A DNA stretch of 64,000 nucleotides, taken from positions 17,545 to 81,544 of the forward strand of contig JAUXMZ010000075.1 in the NCBI GenBank assembly GCA_030683105.1, given 5' to 3'. Position 1 is the stretch's first letter; every line of letters starts with the position of its first letter. The stretch is from Burkholderiales bacterium. GTDB taxonomy: Bacteria > Pseudomonadota > Gammaproteobacteria > Burkholderiales > SG8-41. The notes under the pieces were generated by a model, which saw only the letters and a list, made by a program, of their open reading frames with translations, had not been told where the DNA came from and did no database searches. Made by a program: the position numbers and the translations under genes. Shown here in pieces: positions 47,918 through 57,978 of this stretch.

Positions 47918-50900
47918 GTGCGCTTCGCGTCTACGGGGACCTCGGAAAAAGATGCGATGGCCTGTTCGTCTTCCTCACTGGTTTCGTCATCCTCGTCATC
48001 CACGCGCGCGAGTATCGGCAGCGGGTCGAGCAGCCGCCATGCCGGAAGGGCCGAGAGCATGCTTGCGGCAAGCGCGCCACCGCGGATGAGCCAGATCACA
48101 TAGGCGGCCGTCATGCTGAGGCTGCCGGCGGTGAGCGTGGCGATGGTACGCGTCTGGATTTCGTCCTGCTCGCGCAGACTGTCCTGCAGGCGCGCCAGGT
48201 CGACGCCGAGTCCCACCGCGCCAGCCAAACGTCCCTGTTGTTCGCCCAGTTGGAAAAGATCCAATGGCCGCACCTCGATCTGTTTGAGGACGTCGGCAAT
48301 CAGTTCGCGTACTACCTCTGCGCCTGGCGCAGCAATCCCGTAGGTCTGGAGCCGGTACTCTGGAAGTCCGGCACTGGCGGCGAGCATCTGCAGGCTGCCG
48401 CCGATCGATGCAAAAACCGAGCTGTTCACGGCCAGGGGCAGGAATTCCGCGTCTATCGGCAAAGATGTCCCGCCAGCGGGCACAACCGGGCGGCCTGTAG
48501 TCGAGGCCGGCTGAGACTGCTGCGGCGCGTTGCCCCCGGCTTGCGGGGTAACGACCACTGTCGCGCCGGGCGCGGCCGGAGAGGCGGATTGCTGCGGGCT
48601 GGTGCTCGGCGGGAGCAGGTCGACAAGCGTAATAACGCTCACGGCGAGGGCATGCGTGACGACCGGAGACGACGCGGCGCCGTCGCTCAGCTCAAAGCTC
48701 ACCGTGCGGGTTCCGTTGAACGGCACCGCGCTCGCATTGGAATAGGTCACCGCGCGCAGCGCAGCCTGCCATTGCGCCAGTGTCGCCGTCGCGCCCGCCG
48801 AGTTCAGGCTCAGCGCCCCGCTCGCGGCGTTGTAACCGCCGGCAATGTTGCCCATCGTCGCCGGGTTGTTGGTGAAGCCGAGCGCGTCTTCCGCGGCCCG
48901 GAATCCGGCGCCGATCGAAACCGTCGCGCTCGCAAGCGTGACGTTGTCAAGATCGGCGACCGCCACATTGTCATCCACGAGTATCGGCACGCCCGCCGTG
49001 ATATAGGTCGCCGTACCAGGGCTTGCCGTCACGACCGGCGCGTCGTTCACCGAGGTGACAGCCACCGACTGCGTCGAGGCCGCCGAACTGCCTCCCTCGC
49101 CGGTCACCACGACGCTCACCGTGCGAACCGCGGTGCTGGGCATATCGCTCGTATTGGTATAGGTCACCGAACGCAGCGCCGCCTGCCACTGCGCGAGCGT
49201 CGCCGTCGCACTGGCCGAGCTCAGGCTCAGCACCCCGGTCGCGGCGTTGTAGCTGCCCGAGATGTTGCCCATCGTCGCCGGGTTATTGGCGAAGCCGAGC
49301 ACATCTTCCGCGGCTTGCCAGCCGGCGCCGATCGAAACCGTCGCGCTCGCGAGTGTCGTGCTGTCCGGATCGCTCACCGTCACCGCGTCATCGAGAACGA
49401 CCGGCGCAGACGCGACGTTGTTGCCTTCAGTGAAGGCCGTCGTCCCGCCGCTCGCGGTCACCGTCGGCGCGACGTTCGGCAAGACCGTGATGGCCACCGC
49501 GTCCGAATCCGAGAGAGACCCGCCGGCCCCCGTATTGCCTAGGTCGCTGCTGGTAATCGACAACGACGCCGCGCCGCTGTAGTTGGCACCCGGCATGAAG
49601 CTCAGCCCGTTCAACGCTGCGTTGATCGCCGTGACCGTGCCGCTGAAAGTCATCGCGCCATCCGCGGTGCCATCACCCGCACTGAAAGTCAGTCCGGCGG
49701 TGCCTGCCAGGGTGATGTCGCCGTTGGTACCGTTCAAGGTGACCTGCACGGAGCCCGCGCCGGCATCGGCGTCCCCGACGGAGATCGCGTTGCCGTTGCC
49801 CACCGAGAAAACCAGCGCAGAGTCCTCGTTGGCCGACTGCGCACCGGGCACCGCGTTGACCGGCGCGTCGTTCACCGGGGTGACCGTCACCGTCGAGGTC
49901 TGCGTCGCAGCCGTCAGTACTCCGTCATGGGCCAGCACCGTCACCGCGCGGCTGACCGTGCTCGGCGCCTCACTGATGTTGGTGTACTGAATCCCCTGCA
50001 GAATCGTCTGATAAGTCGCCACCGTGGCCGGCCCCGTGATCGACAGCACCCCGCTCGCCGCCGCGTAGCTCACCGTCAGCCCCGCGCCGCCCGTCGCCGC
50101 CGCCGCATCGAGCGCGAGCGACTCCACCGCGTCGCCATCGGGGCGCGCCGTCAGTGTCACGATCAGCGAGGCGAGGTTCGCCGAATCCACGTCCGCCAGC
50201 GTGCCCGCCGGCGCAATCAGCACCGGCGTCTGCTCGGTGAACGCCACCGTCACGTCCTGGCCCGCACTTCCAGCGTTCAGATCCACCACCGGCGCATCAT
50301 TCACCGCCGTCACCGTGATGCTCGAAGTCTGCGTCGCGCTCGGCGTGGTCCCGTCGCTGGCCACTACCGTCACCAAGCGGTCAGTCGTGGTCGGCGTCTC
50401 GCTCGTGTTGTCGTATCGAATGCTCTGCAGGATCGACTGATAGGTCGCCACCGTGGCCGACCCCGTGATCGAGAGCACGCCGGTGCCGGCCGTGTAGCTC
50501 ACCGTCAAACCGCCCGTCACCGTCGCCGAGAGCGACTCCACCGCGTCGCCGTCGGGCCGCGCCGTCAAGGTCACCGTCAGCGAGGCGAGGTTCGCCGAAT
50601 CCACGTCCGCGAGCGTCGCCACCGGCGCTATCAGCACCGGCGTCTGCTCCGTGAACGCCACCGTCACGTCCTGGCCCGCACCGCCCGCGTTCAGATCCAC
50701 CACCGGCTCGTCGTTCACCGCCGTCACGTCCACCGTGATCGCGTTCGGCGCCGCAGCAAACGCGTTCGCCTGGTCACGCACACTGAACGTGAAGCTCGCG
50801 TAACCCACACCGTTGCCGTTCAACCCCGGCTCGAACGTCAGGTTCGGAATGCTCGCTGCCGTGATCACCTCTGTCGCCGTCACCGCCACGCCCGAGAGCT

Positions 50901-53034
50901 TCAGCGTGCCCGCGCCAGGCAGCGCGTCAATGCGCACCGCACTCAGGCTGTCTCCCGCATCCACATCGCTAAAGCCGAAGTCCGCCGCACTGAACACGTA
51001 GGCCGTGTCCTCGTTCGTCGTCACCGCCTTGTCCGCACCCGTGGGCGCGTCGTTCACCGCCGTCACGGTAATGGTCATCGCATCCGTATCCGATTGGGCG
51101 CCACCGGTGCCCGTGTTGCCCTGGTCGTTCGTCGTGATCGACAACGACGCCCCGCCGTTGAAGTTTGCGGCCGGTATGAAGCTCAGCCCGTTCAGCGCGG
51201 TGTTGATCGCCGCCACCGTGCCGGTGAAGGTCATCGTGCCATCCGCCATGCCGTCGCCGACACTGAAAGTCAGCCCGGCGATGCCCGCCAGGGTGATGAC
51301 ACCGTTTGTGCCGGTCAGCGCGACCTGCACCGGATTCGTGCCCGCATCGACGTCCGCGATGGAAATCGCGTTGCCGCCGGCCACGGAGAATACCAGCGCC
51401 GTGTCTTCGGCGGTCGACTGCGCGCCCGGTACTGTGTTCACCGGCGCGTCGTTCACCGCCGACACCGTGATAAACGAGAACCGCTCCACGCTCGGCGTGG
51501 TCCCGTCGCTGGCCACCACCGACACGATGCGGTCGGTCGTGGTCGGCGCATCGCTCGTGTTGTTGTACTGGATCCCCTGCAGGATCGTCTGGTAGGTCGC
51601 CACCGTGGCCGGCCCCGTGATCGAGAGCACCCCGGTCGCCGCCGTGTAGTCCACCGTCAGCCCCGCGCCGCCCGCCGCGGCCGTCGCCGCCGCATTCAGC
51701 GCGAGCGACTCCACCGCGTTGCCATCGGGCCACGCCGTGATCGTCGCCGTCAGCGACGCCAGGTTCGCCGAATCAAAGTCGACGATCGTGCCCGACGGCG
51801 CAATCAACACCGGCGTCTGCTCGGTGAATGCCGCCACCTCGTCCTGCCCCACACCCGCCGCGCCGTTGAGATCCACCACTGGCGCAGGGTTCGAGACCAC
51901 ACGGAAGGCTAGGTCCTTCGCGGGCTGCGCGGTGGCGTTAGCGAAGAAGGTACCGCCGGGGTATCCGGGAGAGGCGACTCCCACATAAACGTTTCCCCCG
52001 CCGACGCCCTTGACGCTGACGTAATAGGTCGTGCCGTCGGCGAGCGTCGCCGGCGCGGAAAGCGATACGGACATCCAGGCCTCCGATGTGCCGAGGCTCC
52101 TGCGCGCGACGGTTCCGGTCTCAATAATGCCACTACCGCCGCCAAGACTACTGCGCAGCTCGATGGTAATGTTGCCTCCCGCAGGGCTGACGTTCTTGTA
52201 CAGAACGAGGTCGATCTGGTCGACAGAGTAAAAGCCCGCTCCGCTGGTGTACTTGAACGACTGACTCCATGTGCTGCCGCTTCCGGAAATCTCGTAGACG
52301 TTGTCGGCCATGCTGGCGAAGGACGGCTCGTAGGACGTCAATACGATGCTCGGCAGCAGGTGGGACCAGGCGTCCTGCTCGCTTACGCTCAGCGCGACCG
52401 GCACGTCGATCGCACCGGTTGCATATTCCAGTTTCCAGTCGCCGCCCAGGCTCGTATGGCCGGTCGCGTCGTCCGAGGCGGCGACATCAGCCCCGGTCAG
52501 GCGCGCGAGCGTATCGGCCAGCAGCCGTCCCTGCGCCGTTGCCGCGACATCGCAGCCGTAAAGGAGGATATCGGCGTCCGCGGTCAGCGCCTTCGCCCAG
52601 CTTTCGACCCGGTCCGGATTGCCTTGAAGCGAATCGGCCGTGACCAGTTCGTTGCCCAGCTGGATGACGCCGTCGCCGCCGTGGCCGATGATATGCAGCG
52701 CAGCCACGTTCTCGCGGCCCGCGAGCGCCTCGGAGATCTGCGCCAGTCCATCCCGGCCGGCATCGAGCATGACGACATCGACCTGGCGTCCGCTTTGCGC
52801 GGTGATGTCCTGGACGAGAAGCGCGTAGTCAGGCGTGCGGGCATCGATGAATACAATTTCATGCGGGGCGTTTTGCACCGCCTGCTCGTTCTGGGCCGCG
52901 AACTCGAGATGGGGATCGACGACGCGTTGCTCCGCGGCGCCCGGCCCGACCACCGCCGAGGCCAGCAGCGGACCGAGATCCGCCGAGTACAGGATCCGTG
53001 GCTCGAGTGATTCTATGGTCGGGCGCTGGCGCAT
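47914..53034 (-). CDS. 1706-aa surface/adhesin-like protein: LEPR-XLL motif, DUF4347, Ig/cadherin-like repeats, C-terminal membrane anchor
   Basis: N-terminal [10 protein letters not shown]; DUF4347 (VFID...LHIIGHG...LLYGC...GGDWKLE); repeated VNDAP units; C-terminal YVIWLIRGG...[14 protein letters not shown] plus acidic tail. Confidence 0.9.
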   Translation of the reverse strand: MRQRPTIESLEPRILYSADLGPLLASAVVGPGAAEQRVVDPHLEFAAQNEQAVQNAPHEIVFIDARTPDYALLVQDITAQSGRQVDVVMLDAGRDGLAQISEALAGRENVAALHIIGHGGDGVIQLGNELVTADSLQGNPDRVESWAKALTADADILLYGCDVAATAQGRLLADTLARLTGADVAASDDATGHTSLGGDWKLEYATGAIDVPVALSVSEQDAWSHLLPSIVLTSYEPSFASMADNVYEISGSGSTWSQSFKYTSGAGFYSVDQIDLVLYKNVSPAGGNITIELRSSLGGGSGIIETGTVARRSLGTSEAWMSVSLSAPATLADGTTYYVSVKGVGGGNVYVGVASPGYPGGTFFANATAQPAKDLAFRVVSNPAPVVDLNGAAGVGQDEVAAFTEQTPVLIAPSGTIVDFDSANLASLTATITAWPDGNAVESLALNAAATAAAGGAGLTVDYTAATGVLSITGPATVATYQTILQGIQYNNTSDAPTTTDRIVSVVASDGTTPSVERFSFITVSAVNDAPVNTVPGAQSTAEDTALVFSVAGGNAISIADVDAGTNPVQVALTGTNGVITLAGIAGLTFSVGDGMADGTMTFTGTVAAINTALNGLSFIPAANFNGGASLSITTNDQGNTGTGGAQSDTDAMTITVTAVNDAPTGADKAVTTNEDTAYVFSAADFGFSDVDAGDSLSAVRIDALPGAGTLKLSGVAVTATEVITAASIPNLTFEPGLNGNGVGYASFTFSVRDQANAFAAAPNAITVDVTAVNDEPVVDLNAGGAGQDVTVAFTEQTPVLIAPVATLADVDSANLASLTVTLTARPDGDAVESLSATVTGGLTVSYTAGTGVLSITGSATVATYQSILQSIRYDNTSETPTTTDRLVTVVASDGTTPSATQTSSITVTAVNDAPVVDLNAGSAGQDVTVAFTEQTPVLIAPAGTLADVDSANLASLIVTLTARPDGDAVESLALDAAAATGGAGLTVSYAAASGVLSITGPATVATYQTILQGIQYTNISEAPSTVSRAVTVLAHDGVLTAATQTSTVTVTPVNDAPVNAVPGAQSANEDSALVFSVGNGNAISVGDADAGAGSVQVTLNGTNGDITLAGTAGLTFSAGDGTADGAMTFSGTVTAINAALNGLSFMPGANYSGAASLSITSSDLGNTGAGGSLSDSDAVAITVLPNVAPTVTASGGTTAFTEGNNVASAPVVLDDAVTVSDPDSTTLASATVSIGAGWQAAEDVLGFANNPATMGNISGSYNAATGVLSLSSASATATLAQWQAALRSVTYTNTSDMPSTAVRTVSVVVTGEGGSSAASTQSVAVTSVNDAPVVTASPGTATYITAGVPILVDDNVAVADLDNVTLASATVSIGAGFRAAEDALGFTNNPATMGNIAGGYNAASGALSLNSAGATATLAQWQAALRAVTYSNASAVPFNGTRTVSFELSDGAASSPVVTHALAVSVITLVDLLPPSTSPQQSASPAAPGATVVVTPQAGGNAPQQSQPASTTGRPVVPAGGTSLPIDAEFLPLAVNSSVFASIGGSLQMLAASAGLPEYRLQTYGIAAPGAEVVRELIADVLKQIEVRPLDLFQLGEQQGRLAGAVGLGVDLARLQDSLREQDEIQTRTIATLTAGSLSMTAAYVIWLIRGGALAASMLSALPAWRLLDPLPILARVDDEDDETSEEDEQAIASFSEVPVDAKRT
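48625..51882 (-). repeat. Intragenic tandem domain repeats (order A-B-C-A-A-B-D-D)
   Basis: A ([20 protein letters not shown]) at about 51451-51882, 50299-50706 and 49870-50292; B (DAPVN.VPGAQS) x2; D (ATVSIGAG...NNPATMGNI) x2. Copies share long DNA identities. Confidence 0.88.
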
Positions 53035-53882
53035 TATCGTTTAGGATCGCGTTCTGCGACGGGGGGGTTGGCGTCGACACCGAGGTCGACCTTGCAACGC
53101 GGCCCGGCTGGCAGCGAGTAGTTCGGATTCGGCAACTCGAGCCTGATCCGGAAGGTATTGCTCGGGCCATCGATGATCGAATCGACCAGCACCACTTTCG
53201 CCTGCCTGGGCTTGGCGTTGGGCAGCTCGGGTGTGACCGTGAGCGACGAACCGACCTTTATGGTGCCGTAGAGCGACGCGGGAATGACGACTTCCACCCG
53301 CAGGGGATTGGTGGTGGCGACGCGCACGATCGGCTTTTCCTCGACCCGCTCGCCCCCCGACATGTAACGCTCGACGATGACGCCATCGGCCGGGCTGCGT
53401 ATGGTCCGCAGCTCGAGCTGCGCTTCGGCGAGTTGCAGCTCGCGTCCCCAGATGCGGCGCTGATCCTTCGCCTGCACCAGCCGCTGTTCGGCCACCTCGG
53501 CTTCCGCGCGCGCCTGCTCCAGCGCCTGATCGGAGATGAATTTTTTGCTCACCAGATCCTGGGCGCGCGCAAGCTTCTGGCGCGCGAGCTCGTAGTTCGA
53601 TTGCGCGGCCTGGATTTCCGCCGACACCTTTGCCCGGCTGGAAGCGACGCCCACTGCAGCCCGCTCGACATCGGCGCGCAGCATGGCAACGACCTGGCCT
53701 TTGGCAACGCGGTCGCCACGCTCGACCTTGACCGCTTCCACTACGCCGATGACCGGGCTGCCGACATCGACCATGCGAGACGGTTCGATCAGGCAGCCCA
53801 GCGGCTGGGCGCCGCTCACCCAGGGACTCGCTGCGCTGAGGAGTGCTGCAAAACCTATTCTTGCTGCGCTGCGCATAGTCAT
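53034..53882 (-). CDS. Membrane fusion protein (HlyD/RND adaptor family)
   Basis: Signal peptide; VGSPVIGVVEAVKVERGDRVAKGQVVAML, IRSPADGVI and SNTFRIRL motifs. Confidence 0.9.
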   Translation of the reverse strand: MTMRSAARIGFAALLSAASPWVSGAQPLGCLIEPSRMVDVGSPVIGVVEAVKVERGDRVAKGQVVAMLRADVERAAVGVASSRAKVSAEIQAAQSNYELARQKLARAQDLVSKKFISDQALEQARAEAEVAEQRLVQAKDQRRIWGRELQLAEAQLELRTIRSPADGVIVERYMSGGERVEEKPIVRVATTNPLRVEVVIPASLYGTIKVGSSLTVTPELPNAKPRQAKVVLVDSIIDGPSNTFRIRLELPNPNYSLPAGPRCKVDLGVDANPPVAERDPKR

Positions 53883-55840
53883 CTGCTTGATGTCCCCATC
53901 ATCGGTTCACGATCGAACGCCTCGTCCTGCAGGCGCAGCTGAAGGCGCAGCCGGTAACGCCGTCGCCCCTCCCACCATAGTGCCACACGCGCGAGCAATA
54001 TCCCCACCCAGCGCAGGCGCAATTCCCCTGCCCGTCCTGCCCAACCCGTGATGAACGCCGGCAGGCACGCGACGACCGGCGCCGACTCGAGCGACAGCAG
54101 CGTTTCGCAGCTTCCCGCCTCGCCCCGCCTTGCGCAACGCCCCGTAAACTGGCGGTCGATGCGTCGCGAGGCATTCGCCTGGCACAGCATCACGTGCAGC
54201 CCGCCGGCTCGGGCAAGACGTTCCGCGATCGCAATGTCGGTGCCCCGGCCCGCCATGTTGGTAGCCACGGTGATGCGCCCCGCCTGTCCAGCCGTGGCGA
54301 TCACGTGCGCCTCGTGCCGGTCCTGGCGCGCATTGAGCACGACGTGCGCGAGACCGGCAGCACCCAGGTGCTGCGACAGCACCTGCGAATCGGCCACCGA
54401 GTCGGTGCCGATGAGTGCGGCACCGCCGCGCGCCTGAATGTCCCGCGCGCGCGCCACGACGAAGCGCCACCGCGCTTTATGCGTGCCGAACACCCGGGTC
54501 GGAAGCACCACCCGACGCGAAGGTTGCCGCAGCGGCACCCGCAGCACCGGCACGCCATAAACCGCGCGCAGTTCCGCTCGCGACTCGATGAGCGTTCCGC
54601 TCATGCCGCACAGGTGCAGGTAGCGTGAAAAGAAACGTTGGTAGGTAATCTGCGCGGCTGTCACGAGCTCCGCGCTTGGCCGGCACCCTTCCTTGAGTTC
54701 GATGAACTGGTGCAGGCCGCGCGACCACGCGCGGCCAGGGGCAACGCGCCCGCTCGTGTCGTCGATGATGTGCACAGCACCATCGCGCACCAGGTAGTGA
54801 TGATCGCGATGAAACAGATGAATCGCGGCCAAGGCCATGCTTAAGGCTTCCTCACGGTAGCGGCGGACGCGCCACAGGGTATCGCCATCGGTCGACTGGG
54901 TTTCGGCCTTTGCGCGGCCATGTGCGGTAAGTTCAACCGCCCGCGATTCGGGATCGGTAACAAAGTCTTCGCGCGTGATCAGGCTGCGCGCGAATGCCAG
55001 AGCTCGCGTGTAATGCTCACGTTTGCCGCGATGGTCCTCGGCGCGCGAAAGAACGAACGGCACGCTGGCCTCGTCGAGCAGCACGCTGTCGGCTTCGTCC
55101 ACGATCGCCATGCACAAACCGCGCAGCAGCGTGGCAGGCGCGTCCGGGGTCGCCATGCGATAAGCCCGGCTGCGCAGCTCGCCTTCGACATCACGGCGCA
55201 AGAGACTGTCGCGCAAATAGTCGAAGACCAGTTCCTTCGCCGTGCAATATGTCACCGCGCAGCGGTACGCGCGCCGGCGCGCATCCATATCGAGCTCCTG
55301 CGTCACGACCCCGACATCCAGCCCGAGCGCGCCGAAGATGGGCCGCAGAGCGTCAGCGTCCCGCCGGGCGAGGTATTCGTTTGCGGTGATGACATGGACC
55401 GGTACTCGGGCGAGCGCAGCGGTAGCCGCCGCCAGCGCCGCCGCCAGCGTCTTACCTTCGCCGGTCGGCATTTCAACCAGGCGACGGTTGAGCATGGCGC
55501 GAGCGGCGATCATCTGCCCGGGGTACGGCCGCTGTCCCGTCTGGCGATTCGAGATCTCGGAAAAGAGGGCAAATGCCGCCACCTGCAGGTCGTCCGCCAA
55601 CCCGCGGCGCGCGAACTGCTGGCGCACCCTGTGCACTTCGCTTGCACACTGTTCCGTAGACAAACGAATCATTGCCGGTTGCAGCGCCTCGACGGCGCGC
55701 AGGAAAGCGGCATGGGGCGGCACGCGGTTGGCAACTCGCGCTGCCCGGCGCGCGAGCCAACCGGCGCCATTGCCGCGCCGCTCGGGATAATGGCCCCACA
55801 GCACCCCCGGAATAGGCAGTTCGGCTGATCGCATGTTCAT
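53879..55840 (-). CDS. Secondary SecA-like (SecA_DEAD) ATPase lacking the C-terminal scaffold/wing domains (653 aa)
   Basis: EMPTGEGKT, VITANEYLARRD, DYLRD, VDEADSVLLDEA, GMSGT, ATNMAGRGTDI and RRIDRQ..GRCARRGEAG; the protein ends about 60 aa later. ATG 55840 overlaps the upstream TGA. Confidence 0.9.
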   Translation of the reverse strand: MNMRSAELPIPGVLWGHYPERRGNGAGWLARRAARVANRVPPHAAFLRAVEALQPAMIRLSTEQCASEVHRVRQQFARRGLADDLQVAAFALFSEISNRQTGQRPYPGQMIAARAMLNRRLVEMPTGEGKTLAAALAAATAALARVPVHVITANEYLARRDADALRPIFGALGLDVGVVTQELDMDARRRAYRCAVTYCTAKELVFDYLRDSLLRRDVEGELRSRAYRMATPDAPATLLRGLCMAIVDEADSVLLDEASVPFVLSRAEDHRGKREHYTRALAFARSLITREDFVTDPESRAVELTAHGRAKAETQSTDGDTLWRVRRYREEALSMALAAIHLFHRDHHYLVRDGAVHIIDDTSGRVAPGRAWSRGLHQFIELKEGCRPSAELVTAAQITYQRFFSRYLHLCGMSGTLIESRAELRAVYGVPVLRVPLRQPSRRVVLPTRVFGTHKARWRFVVARARDIQARGGAALIGTDSVADSQVLSQHLGAAGLAHVVLNARQDRHEAHVIATAGQAGRITVATNMAGRGTDIAIAERLARAGGLHVMLCQANASRRIDRQFTGRCARRGEAGSCETLLSLESAPVVACLPAFITGWAGRAGELRLRWVGILLARVALWWEGRRRYRLRLQLRLQDEAFDREPMMGTSSR

Positions 55841-57978
55841 GCCACCGGGTTGAAATGCTTGAGGAAGAGCTGGCGCAGGCGGCGATACCACTGCCCGGCC
55901 AGCGGTTCGGAACCCAGATCGAAGCGCACCCACACGCGCTGTCCGAGGCTGCGCAATGCTTCGCCTTGCAGTTCGAGATCAAAAAGGAACACCGGCTCCA
56001 GCGTCCGCATCCCTTCCTTGTCGGCGGGATCCGTGGCGTGGCGGCCCCCGCCGCGTTCGCCAAGCGCGGGGCTGGGAAGCGCATGAGCGGCGGCAGGCGC
56101 CGCACGCTCGAGCCGGGCCGGCATCGGCGATCCCCGTCCTGGCAACAGAACTTCAGCGCCGCGGCTGCTGGCACGCAAAAGGGGCGCACTCTCGTTGGGG
56201 ACGACCGCGCGAACGGCCGTGGGTGCCGAGCTCAGGATATAACCCAGCATCGCGCCTTTTTTCAAGAAGGCGCCTGGCAGATCCTCGCTGTGCGGCAGGA
56301 CCAGCTGACCCGTCACTTTGCTGCGCACGGTCAAATAACCGATGCGCTCCTCGATGCGTTCCAGTTCGGACTGCGCGCGGACCAGCTCCTCGGTCACGTT
56401 TTTCGCTTGCGCCGGGTCGCTCAGCAGCGACTGGTAGCGCTGCGCCTCCAGGGCCTGCACGCGCGAGCGCAAGGCGATGTGCTCGGTCTGAAGCATGGGC
56501 TCGGCAAGCTCCACCAGCGGCGTCCCGGGGTGGACGACTTCGCCTTCGCGTGCCAGAACCCGCAGGACAAAACCCTCTGTTTCCGCTCTGACCTGTGCGC
56601 GCTCGGAGGGCCATACCACCCCTTGCACGAGCAACATGCTCGGAAACGGCACGGCAAAAACCAGCACCAGCGCGCCCACGCCACCCAGTGCAGAGAAGAG
56701 CGCCGCGCGCCGTCGCGCGCGCCCCAAGGGCAGCGCGCTGAGCAACGATTGAATGGTGATGAACGCCGGGCGGATCACCATGGATACCAGCACCAGCGCC
56801 GCCGCCAGCCAGCCCAGCCATTCCGATTTGCCGCCGAGCCAGAGGATCAACGCCAGTGCCAGCGCAAGGCGATAAGCAAGCGAGGCCGGCGCGTAGAAGA
56901 GCAGCCATTTACGCTCGTGGCGCGTCATCACGGGCGCCGATGCCCGGTCCGTGCCGCCGAGCAACCGCAGCGCGAGATATGTCCAGTACGACTGACTGCG
57001 CACGGCAAGGTTGGGCATGTCCAGAAGATCACAGAACAGGTGATAGCCGTCGAAGCGCAGCAACGGGTTGCCGTTGAAAAGGAGCGACGACGCGCCGCAC
57101 AAGAACAGCGTCACGAACGCAACGTCGCTCAGCAGACCCGGTTCAACCTCGAGCCATAACCAGAGCGCGACCACCCCAAGGCCGAGTTCCACCATGATCC
57201 CTGCCGCGCTGACAGCCGCCCGATGCCAGCGGTCGCGAAAGGCGTTTGCCGCCGAGGCGTCGACATAAGGTGCCGGCATGAAAAAAAGGAAGGTCACGCC
57301 CATCTCGCGCACTTCGCCACCCCCTCGCCGCACGGCGATGGCATGCGCCAACTCGTGCAACCCCTTGATGACGGGGTAGCAAAACCAGGCGAGGATGAGA
57401 TAGTACGTCGTCGACATGTATTTCGCAGCGTGTGCTGCAAGCGCACTCCAGTTCATGGCGACAGCAACCACAGCCATTACCACTGCGGCCGCCCAAAGTG
57501 CCAGCGTTGTCGGGCGCAGCAGCGGACGCAAAGCCGGCTCCAGACGATCGAGCAGGCTCGACGGATCGAAAAGCGACACGGGAAAAGCCAGCGGGTTCAC
57601 CCATGGCCGACGGTTGCGCGCGCGCTTGGCACGCTCACGGAAAAGACCGGCGATATCCGGCGTGGTCTCGAACTGCACGAGCTCAGCCTCGCTCAGCCGC
57701 GAGAGGATGCGCACCACCTCGTCCTGCGTCGGCGCATCGTCGCCGAATTTTTCCAGGAGCAGCGTCCACACCTGGTTGACCGACGTGCGGCCATCGAGGC
57801 GCCCTATGAGTTCGTAGGCCGGTCGGTTGATCCGGTTCTGCCGCCCATCGGTTCCGTTGATCAACAGATACCAGGCCTCGCCTTGATAGATCTGTCGCTG
57901 CACACGCACAGCAGCCCGCAGCCGCGGATGCAAGTCGCTTACACGGTACCAAAGCGGGCTGAAGAGCGATTCGGCCAT
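55837..57978 (-). CDS. PqqD/RRE-like domain - M50 (site-2) metallopeptidase - MFP-like fusion
   Basis: N-terminal RLDGRTSV..V...L...DEVVRILSRL (PqqD-like); HELAH and NPLLRFDG (M50 Zn ligands); multiple TMs; biotinyl-lipoyl/coiled-coil MFP region. Confidence 0.85.
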   Translation of the reverse strand: MAESLFSPLWYRVSDLHPRLRAAVRVQRQIYQGEAWYLLINGTDGRQNRINRPAYELIGRLDGRTSVNQVWTLLLEKFGDDAPTQDEVVRILSRLSEAELVQFETTPDIAGLFRERAKRARNRRPWVNPLAFPVSLFDPSSLLDRLEPALRPLLRPTTLALWAAAVVMAVVAVAMNWSALAAHAAKYMSTTYYLILAWFCYPVIKGLHELAHAIAVRRGGGEVREMGVTFLFFMPAPYVDASAANAFRDRWHRAAVSAAGIMVELGLGVVALWLWLEVEPGLLSDVAFVTLFLCGASSLLFNGNPLLRFDGYHLFCDLLDMPNLAVRSQSYWTYLALRLLGGTDRASAPVMTRHERKWLLFYAPASLAYRLALALALILWLGGKSEWLGWLAAALVLVSMVIRPAFITIQSLLSALPLGRARRRAALFSALGGVGALVLVFAVPFPSMLLVQGVVWPSERAQVRAETEGFVLRVLAREGEVVHPGTPLVELAEPMLQTEHIALRSRVQALEAQRYQSLLSDPAQAKNVTEELVRAQSELERIEERIGYLTVRSKVTGQLVLPHSEDLPGAFLKKGAMLGYILSSAPTAVRAVVPNESAPLLRASSRGAEVLLPGRGSPMPARLERAAPAAAHALPSPALGERGGGRHATDPADKEGMRTLEPVFLFDLELQGEALRSLGQRVWVRFDLGSEPLAGQWYRRLRQLFLKHFNPVA

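Noticed and set aside
49927-51912. 661-aa His/Arg-rich repetitive plus-strand ORF
   Set aside because: Antisense reading of the adhesin repeats (Val/Thr/Ala codons give His/Arg/Gly on the other strand).
53879-55840. Calling this the housekeeping secA or a SecA2/SecY2 accessory system
   Set aside because: It is about 250 aa too short, and there are no secY2, asp or glycosyltransferase genes in the neighbourhood.
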